32,000 nucleotides of DNA from Candidatus Terasakiella magnetica (GTDB lineage: Bacteria > Pseudomonadota > Alphaproteobacteria > Rhodospirillales > Magnetospirillaceae), in assembly GCA_902729415.1 (NCBI GenBank), contig LR746520.1, forward strand, positions 68,728 to 100,727, in the 5' to 3' direction. Positions within the stretch are counted from its first letter, which is position 1; the number at the start of each line of letters is the position of its first letter. Below the pieces are notes generated by a model that did not search any database, was not told the DNA's origin, and saw only the letters and a program-made list of their open reading frames with translations. Both the position numbers and the translations under genes were made by a program. This document shows positions 18,801 to 24,259 of this stretch, in pieces.

Positions 18801-19805
18801 TCGGGCCGCTACGACCTGACCGAAATCGGCGAGAAATGCTTCATCGCCGACGAGGTGGTGCTGGGCGACGAAACGGTGCGGCGCGGCTGGATGCACCTGG
18901 AGCCGGTCAAGACCGAGGCCTGCGTCTTCGTCGGCAACGACGCGGTGGTACCGCCGGGCTCGGTCATCCCCACCGGCACCCTGATCGGCATCAAATCGCT
19001 GCCGCCCGCCAATCATCTGATGCAACCGGGCGACACCTGGTTCGGCAGCCCCCCCATGAAGCTGCCGGTGCGCCAGCGCTTCGACGACGTCACCGCCAAC
19101 TGGACCTATGCGCCGCCCCTGTGGCGCCGCTGGTGGCGGGCAGTGTTCGAAGCCTTCGCCGTATCGCTGCCCAGCATGCTGTTCATTACCTTCGGCATCC
19201 TCAGCGTCGAAGTGCTGGCGCCGTCGATCCTGCGCCGCGACTACCCCGCGACCCTGGCGCTGTTCGTGGCCGCCAGCGTCGCCATCTCGTTCGCCCTGGT
19301 CACCGCCTCCATCACGGTCAAGTGGCTGATGATGGGCGTCTACCGCCCCACCGCCAAGCCCATGTGGTCGTGGTGGGCGTTGCGCACCGAAGCGGTGGCG
19401 GTGATGTATTGGGGGCTGGCGGGCAAGGTGCTGCTGGATCACCTGCGCGGCACGCCGTTCCTGCCCTGGGTGCTGCGCCTGTTCGGCTGCCGCTTTGGCG
19501 CGGGCGTCTTCATGGACACCACCGACATCACTGAATTCGACTGCATCGATGTGGGCGATTTCTGCGCCATCAACTCGCTGTCGGCGCTGCAAACCCACCT
19601 TTACGAAGACCGCGTCATGAAGGTGGGCCGCGTCAGCCTGGGAACCGGCGTCACCGTGGGCAGCGGCTCGACCGTGCTTTACGATACCCATCTCGGCGAT
19701 TTCTCCCGCATCGGCAAGCTGACCATCGTCATGAAGGGCGAGTTCATCCCGGCCCATAGTCAGTGGGAAGGCGCCCCCGCCCAGACGGCGCCCGCCGCCC
19801 CATGA
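15810..19805 (+). CDS. Single-module NRPS of the epsilon-poly-L-lysine synthetase (Pls/PosA) type: A domain, T domain, six TM helices interleaved with three tandem hexapeptide-repeat acyltransferase-like domains
   Basis: A-domain cores [83 protein letters not shown]. T-domain core [12 protein letters not shown]. Three soluble blocks then follow, each bracketed by pairs of hydrophobic helices. I found no HHxxxDG condensation motif and no thioesterase GxSxG. Confidence 0.85.
   Translation: [1331 protein letters not shown]
15900..17330 (+). other. Adenylation (AMP-binding) domain of the Pls-like NRPS
   Basis: Core motifs A1 to A10 as listed for the CDS. Specificity-pocket codons run from D222 (nt 16473) to K505 (nt 17322). 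Confidence 0.85.
17400..17610 (+). other. Thiolation (PCP) domain; predicted phosphopantetheine attachment Ser at nt 17493-17495
   Basis: [45 protein letters not shown] contains the LGGHSL core. The Ser codon TCC is at 17493-17495. Confidence 0.8.
17679..19802 (+). other. Membrane-embedded polymerisation region: TM1-TM2, C1-like (about 17900-18340), TM3-TM4, C2-like (about 18650-19070), TM5-TM6, C3-like (about 19350-19802)
   Basis: Hydrophobic helices: [157 protein letters not shown]. Each soluble block carries hexapeptide-like [LIV]-G-x4 repeats (for example [44 protein letters not shown]). Boundaries are approximate. Confidence 0.7.
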
Positions 19806-20041
19806 GCGGCGACATCCGCAAGCGCTCGGTGGTGATCGCGGGCCATGCCACCAGCATCACCCTGGAGGCCCCGTTCTGGGACGAACTGAGGGAAATGGCC
19901 GAGGCGCGCGGCCTGTCGCTCAATCAGATGGTGGCCGAGATCGATCAGGGCCGCAGCGGCAACCTATCGTCAGCCATCCGGGTTTTTGTTCTCAGCGAGA
20001 TCAAGCGCTTAGCCGCCGACGATCGCGGTACGGACAGGTAA
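19802..20041 (+). CDS. Ribbon-helix-helix domain protein (RHH_4-like), 79 aa
   Basis: The sequence KRSVVIAGHATSITLEAPFWDELREMAEARGLSLNQMVAEIDQGRSGNLSSAIRVFVL matches the stand-alone alphaproteobacterial RHH family as I remember it. The ATG at 19802 overlaps the NRPS stop (ATGA), which I prefer to the ORF-track start at 19763. Confidence 0.7.
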   Translation: MSGDIRKRSVVIAGHATSITLEAPFWDELREMAEARGLSLNQMVAEIDQGRSGNLSSAIRVFVLSEIKRLAADDRGTDR

Positions 20042-20188
20042 GGCACACCCTGCCACTTACATTTCTTTACGCGGGCGGTCATCTTAGGGTTACACAGCCA
20101 TGCTGGAATGACCCTTTGAAGACCTGGGATGTTCAGCTCACCCGGCCGTGAGCAACAGCACAGAGCCCGTACCAAGAAAAAAGGTGCA

Positions 20189-20521
20189 ATGGCCATGTCG
20201 ACCGACGCACTCGTGGTAACCCATTCCTTTGCCCTTAGAGGCGCTGCCCCCGACTCTGTGACCGCCACATTGAAGGAACGCCCTGGCGTGAAGGATGTTC
20301 ACACCGGAAAAAACGGGCGAAACCTCAGTGTCACCTACGATCTTCGTTTCTTGCGCTTTGATGATATTGAACAGACCGTGGATAAATTCGGCGCAAGACC
20401 CGCCATCGGGTTTGTCAGCACCATCCGGCGCAGTTGGAAACGCTTTACAGAGGAAAACCTCCTGGCCAGTGTCAGTGCGCCCGTCTCCCCGTGCTGCAAT
20501 CGGCCTCCTGACACGAAATAA
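20189..20521 (+). CDS. Small hypothetical protein (110 aa) with C-terminal Cys-Cys motif
   Basis: The ATG at 20189 is preceded by AAAAAAGG. The alternating pattern (LVVTHSFAL...LSVTYDL...IEQTVDKFG) suggests a ferredoxin-like beta-alpha-beta fold without a CxxC. The C-terminus is ...APVSPCCNRPPDTK. Weak support, and the start is uncertain (the ORF track uses 20129). Confidence 0.45.
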   Translation: MAMSTDALVVTHSFALRGAAPDSVTATLKERPGVKDVHTGKNGRNLSVTYDLRFLRFDDIEQTVDKFGARPAIGFVSTIRRSWKRFTEENLLASVSAPVSPCCNRPPDTK

Positions 20522-20548
20522 CCGCTTCGGGAACCAAAGTCCTCCCGA

Positions 20549-21691
20549 TCACCCCATCAGATCCGGCATCTCCTTGGCCAAGCTCTGACGCTCGGCAGCG
20601 CGGCGGCCCGAAAGGGCAAAGCCCAACGCCGTGCCGTCGGCCCCCACGAACAGCGCCTTGCGGTCCCGGCCCTCGCCTTCGACCCGCCATTCGCCCGCCT
20701 TGCCGGGAGCGGGCGGGCACACCGCCACGGCAAGCGCCGGTGTCTTGACCACCACCGGCAGGGCGGGCAGACTCAGCGCGGTCTCGGTTCCGGCCAGGGT
20801 GAAGGCCAGAGCCTTGGCCTCGGCCATCAGCGGCAACACGAAAGGCAGCGGTCCGGCCTCGGTCTGGGCGCAATCACCCAGGGCGAAGATGGCGGGATCG
20901 GAGGTCCGCAAGGTCCGGTCCACCACGATCCCCTTGTCCACCGCCAAGCCCGCTTGCCGCGCCAGGTCCAGCCTTGGCACCAGACCGATGGCCGACAACG
21001 CGTGGTCGAAGGCGATTTCGCTGCCGTCATCCAGCACCGCCTTACCGGGCGCGATCCGCACCACCGAACGGCCAAGATGCAAGGCGATGCCGATCCCGCC
21101 CAAAGCGGCGGCGACTTCCTCGCCGACCTCGCGCGGCAACAGACGGCCCAGGGGCCAGGGGGCGGGATCGACCACGCTGACCCCATACCCGGCGGCGGCA
21201 AGATCATTGGCGAATTCGCAGCCGATCAGCCCCGCCCCGATCAGCAAGATGCGCGATGACGTCCCGATCAGCGCCCGCCAGCGGGCGTAATCGTCGAGGT
21301 CGTTGACGCTGTGGATGGTGACGCTCTCGCTTCCCGCGACGCCATAGGGGCGCGGATCGGCGCCGACCGCCAGGACCAAGTGGTCATAGCCAAGCCCGAT
21401 GCCGTCATCAAGGACCACCTGCCGGGCGGCCCGATCGATACGTTCCACCCGACGCCGCGCCAGAACCCGCAGCCGAAGATCCTCCTCCACCTGTCCGCAT
21501 CCCTTCTGGACCAGGGTCAGGGCGGTCTTGCCCTGGGCGAAGGCCGCCGACAGCATGGGCTTGCTGTAGGCCTCGCCGCCATCGGCGGTCACCACGGTGA
21601 TGGCGACCGCCCCATCCAGCTTGCGGAGTTCACGGGCGAGGGTATAGCCCCCCAACCCGCTCCCCACGATGACCACGCCACCGGACGACAT
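20549..21691 (-). CDS. Rubredoxin-NAD(P)+ reductase (FAD-dependent pyridine nucleotide-disulfide oxidoreductase family)
   Basis: FAD-binding GxGxxG (VVIVGSGLGGY) at the N-terminus, a second dinucleotide fold ILLIGAGLIGCEFA, and GDCA near the C-terminal third. Length 380 aa. The ATG at 21691 lies 4 nt after the rubredoxin stop. The ORF-track N-terminal extension to 21850 is an out-of-frame read through the rubredoxin gene. Confidence 0.85.
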   Translation of the reverse strand: MSSGGVVIVGSGLGGYTLARELRKLDGAVAITVVTADGGEAYSKPMLSAAFAQGKTALTLVQKGCGQVEEDLRLRVLARRRVERIDRAARQVVLDDGIGLGYDHLVLAVGADPRPYGVAGSESVTIHSVNDLDDYARWRALIGTSSRILLIGAGLIGCEFANDLAAAGYGVSVVDPAPWPLGRLLPREVGEEVAAALGGIGIALHLGRSVVRIAPGKAVLDDGSEIAFDHALSAIGLVPRLDLARQAGLAVDKGIVVDRTLRTSDPAIFALGDCAQTEAGPLPFVLPLMAEAKALAFTLAGTETALSLPALPVVVKTPALAVAVCPPAPGKAGEWRVEGEGRDRKALFVGADGTALGFALSGRRAAERQSLAKEMPDLMG

Positions 21692-21695
21692 GATC

Positions 21696-21860
21696 TTAAC
21701 CTTCCTGAACTTCAAAATCGGACTTGGACACGCCGCAATCGGGGCAGGACCAATCGTCGGGGATATCCTCGAAGGCGGTCCCCGCCGGGATACCCTCGTC
21801 GGGCAGGCCGACCGTGGGGTCATAGACGAAACCGCAGACGACGCAGACATACTTCTTCAT
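21696..21860 (-). CDS. Rubredoxin, 54 aa (not in the supplied ORF track)
   Basis: My own minus-strand translation gives [54 protein letters not shown]. It has both CxxCG knuckles (CVVCG, CPDCG) and the conserved YDP...F.D.PDDW.CP. GAGGAG lies 7 nt upstream of the ATG. Confidence 0.92.
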   Translation of the reverse strand: MKKYVCVVCGFVYDPTVGLPDEGIPAGTAFEDIPDDWSCPDCGVSKSDFEVQEG

Positions 21861-21911
21861 GGTTCTTCTCCTCAATAATATCTGTTCCTCAGTGCCGGGC
21901 GGGAGGCTGTT

Positions 21912-22391
21912 TCAGCCGCCCTTATGGGCCGCCAGGGTATCGCGGTAGTGGTTGGCGTGCTTTTCCTCCACCTTGGCCAGGGCGGCAAAGCGCTTGGCGG
22001 CGGTGGCGAGAATCTTGGCGAAGCGCTCGGCATGCTCCTTGGATTCGGCGATCTGCTCGTCGATCTCGGCCACGGCGGCGCTGTGACCTTCCTGCTCGGC
22101 CAGATGACGGAACTGCGGATACATCTCGGTGTATTCATAGGTCTCGCCGTCGATGGCCATCTGAAGCATCGTCTCCACCGTCAGTTCGTCCTTGGGATAG
22201 AGCAGGTCAAGATGACCGAAGGCGTGCGCCGTCTCCTGCTCGGCGGTACGCTCGAACACCTCGGCCACCGCCACCGCACCCAATTCGCGCGCCCGGCGGG
22301 CGAAATAGAGGTATTTGCGGTTGGCCATGGACTCGCCCGCGAAGGCGGCTTCAAGATTCTTGATGGTGGGGGATGTGGTGGTGGGGGCCAT
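21912..22391 (-). CDS. Rubrerythrin-family diiron protein lacking the C-terminal rubredoxin domain (erythrin-like)
   Basis: N-terminus IKNLEAAFAGESMANRKYLYFA. Diiron ligand motifs EQETAH (ExxH), GETYEYTE (ExxE) and EEKHANH (ExxH). It ends ...AAHKGG with no CxxC pairs. Confidence 0.88.
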   Translation of the reverse strand: MAPTTTSPTIKNLEAAFAGESMANRKYLYFARRARELGAVAVAEVFERTAEQETAHAFGHLDLLYPKDELTVETMLQMAIDGETYEYTEMYPQFRHLAEQEGHSAAVAEIDEQIAESKEHAERFAKILATAAKRFAALAKVEEKHANHYRDTLAAHKGG

Positions 22392-22394
22392 TTG

Positions 22395-22427
22395 GGTCTC
22401 TCCTTGGGTTGATCCGATGGAGAGACC
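22395..22427 (-). promoter_or_regulatory. 5'-leader hairpin that pairs the rubrerythrin Shine-Dalgarno sequence
   Basis: The minus-strand RNA reads GGUCUCUCC-AUCGGAUCAACCCAA-GGAGAGACC-CAA-AUG. This is a perfect 9-bp stem whose 3' arm is the SD (GGAGAG), ending 3 nt before the start codon at 22391. Confidence 0.5.
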
Positions 22428-22485
22428 TTAACAAAAACCTATGATCGAGTGAAACGAGTTAAAACTGTTTCTAAAATCGATTTAG

Positions 22486-22837
22486 TCGATTTATTGTCCC
22501 TCAGGCGCCGGGCGTGCGCATCCGCGCACTTGGCTTCCGCGCCATAAGGCGCGCCGACCTTTGGTCGCAACTCCGAGCCAAAAGGCTCGTCGATTTATTG
22601 TCCCTCAGGCGCCGGGCGTGCGCATCCGCGCACTTGGCTTCCGCGCCATAAGGCGCGCCGACCTTTGGTCGCAACTCCGAGCCAAAAGGCTCGTCGATTT
22701 ATTGTCCCTCAGGCGCCGGGCGTGCGCATCCGCGCACTTGGCTTCCGCGCCATAAGGCGCGCCGACCTTTGGTCGCAACTCCGAGCCAAAAGGCTCGTCG
22801 ATTTATTGTCCCTCAGGCGCCGGGCGTGCGCATCCGC
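22486..22837. repeat. Tandem repeat: 104-bp unit x 3 perfect copies plus a 40-nt partial fourth copy
   Basis: Units start at 22486, 22590, 22694 and 22798, and I read them as identical base for base. Each unit is an AT-rich head TCGATTTATTGTCCCTCAGG followed by three GC hairpins: GTGCGC-ATCC-GCGCAC, CGCGCC-ATAA-GGCGCG and CGAGCC-AAAA-GGCTCG. Confidence 0.95.
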
Positions 22838-22846
22838 CCCCTCCCA

Positions 22847-24259
22847 TTATTGTGCCTGCCAGCCGCCGCCCATGGCCTTATAAAGCCCGACCAAGGCCTG
22901 AAGATGCAGCAAGCGGGCCTGGGCCAGGGCATCTTGGGACGAGAACAGCGTTTTTTGGGTATTGAGAACGCTGGTGACATCGACGATACCGCCCGCCATC
23001 TGGGCCTGAGCGATCTCGAAGCCGCGCCGGGCCGTGGACTCGGCCAGCTTCTGGGCCGTCACTGCTTCCGCCGTCTTTTCCACCGCGATCAGGGCGTTCT
23101 CCACATCGGAGAAGGACGACACCACCGCCTTGCGGTAGGTCTGAGCCAATTCATCGAAGCGGGCGCGCTTTTGCTCCACCGTTCCGGCGATCTTGCCGTT
23201 ATCGAAGATGGGCTGGGTCAGAGACGATGCCACCGACCACAACAGGGAATCGTGACGCATCATCCGCAACAGATCGAGGCTTTGAAAGCCGGTCTGGGCC
23301 GTCAACTGGATCGAAGGAAACCACGCGGCGCGGGCCACCGCCACATCGGCATTGGCGGCACGCAGTTGCGCCTCGGCGGCCTGGACATCGGGGCGGCGCA
23401 TCAGCAATTCCGACGGCAGCCCCGGCGCAGGAATCGGAAGGCGCAGATCATCCAGACGTTCCGGCACCAGCGTCAATTCCTCGGGCATGCGGCCCAACAG
23501 AATGGCCAAGGCGTTGAAATCCTGACGCATCTGCTGTTCCAGCGGCGGCAGGGCGGCGCGCTGGCCCACAACCACGCTTTCTTGCTGGGTCACATCCAGC
23601 GAGGTGGCGGTCCCGGCCATCTGACGGTCGCGGATCACCGCCAGCACGCTTTCCGAATTGGTGATGCTTTCACGGGCCAGCCGCAGCCGCTCCTGCAATC
23701 CCAGGATATCGAAATAGGTGGTGGCGATGCTGGAGTGAACGGTCAGATATACGGTCTGCTGGTCAAAGCGGCTGGCCTGGGCGGCGGCTTCGGCGGCTCC
23801 GGCGGCGGCGGTGTTCTTGCCCCAGAAATCGACCTCATAGCTGGCGCTGAGCAGGGTATTGGTCGAGGTGGAATGGGTGGCCTTGGTGATGGGCCGGGCC
23901 GAGGATGAGGAAGAGGAACTGGCGGCCATGGAGCTGCGCGAGCGGGTCACCCCGGCGCTGCCCGACAGGCTGGGCAACAGCGGCGCCCCGGCGATGGTGG
24001 CCTGGGCATCTGCCTGACGCACGCGGGCCATGGCTGCGGCAAGGTCGAAATTGGTCTTGACCGCCTGGGCCATCATCTCGTCCAGACGCACCGAGCCGAA
24101 CGCGCGCCACCACTCGGCCGACGGCCATGCCGCCTGAGCCTGGGGTGACGCCGGATTCTTCCAGGCGGCGGGGGGCTTGGCCTCGGGGCGGACATAGGGG
24201 TCGCCCACCGAACATCCCGACAGCAGCAGCACTGCCAGGGCCACGGATACCTTCTTCAT
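22847..24259 (-). CDS. RND efflux outer-membrane lipoprotein (NodT/OprM family)
   Basis: Lipoprotein signal MKKVSVALAVLLLSGC/S (lipobox LSGC). Two TolC-like repeats. The C-terminus LYKAMGGGWQ is typical of the family. The ATG at 24259 overlaps the mdtC stop by 1 nt. The ORF-track extension to 25042 is spurious. Confidence 0.88.
   Translation of the reverse strand: MKKVSVALAVLLLSGCSVGDPYVRPEAKPPAAWKNPASPQAQAAWPSAEWWRAFGSVRLDEMMAQAVKTNFDLAAAMARVRQADAQATIAGAPLLPSLSGSAGVTRSRSSMAASSSSSSSARPITKATHSTSTNTLLSASYEVDFWGKNTAAAGAAEAAAQASRFDQQTVYLTVHSSIATTYFDILGLQERLRLARESITNSESVLAVIRDRQMAGTATSLDVTQQESVVVGQRAALPPLEQQMRQDFNALAILLGRMPEELTLVPERLDDLRLPIPAPGLPSELLMRRPDVQAAEAQLRAANADVAVARAAWFPSIQLTAQTGFQSLDLLRMMRHDSLLWSVASSLTQPIFDNGKIAGTVEQKRARFDELAQTYRKAVVSSFSDVENALIAVEKTAEAVTAQKLAESTARRGFEIAQAQMAGGIVDVTSVLNTQKTLFSSQDALAQARLLHLQALVGLYKAMGGGWQAQ

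Noticed and set aside
20136-20153. Hairpin GCTCAC-CCGGCC-GTGAGC downstream of the RHH gene as a terminator
   Set aside because: The stem is only 6 bp and no T-tract follows it. It cannot be distinguished from chance secondary structure in GC-rich DNA.
21692-21850. N-terminal extension of the 433-aa ORF 20549-21850 (-)
   Set aside because: The extension is an alternative frame across the rubredoxin gene. The reductase GxGxxG fold starts right after the internal ATG at 21691, 4 nt downstream of the rubredoxin stop.
22486-22837. Regularly spaced palindromic repeats that might be a CRISPR array
   Set aside because: The whole 104-bp unit is repeated head to tail with no unique spacers between copies. 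The period and internal structure do not fit repeat-spacer organisation, and no cas genes are nearby. I called it a tandem repeat instead.
22561-23908. ORFs 22561-22755, 22665-22883 and 22769-23908 (+), all starting MVATPSQKARRFIVPQAPGVRIR
   Set aside because: They are the same TTG-initiated frame read from successive repeat copies. The longest one continues antisense to the OMP gene with G/R/Q-rich low-complexity sequence. These are artefacts of the repeat and of the high GC content.
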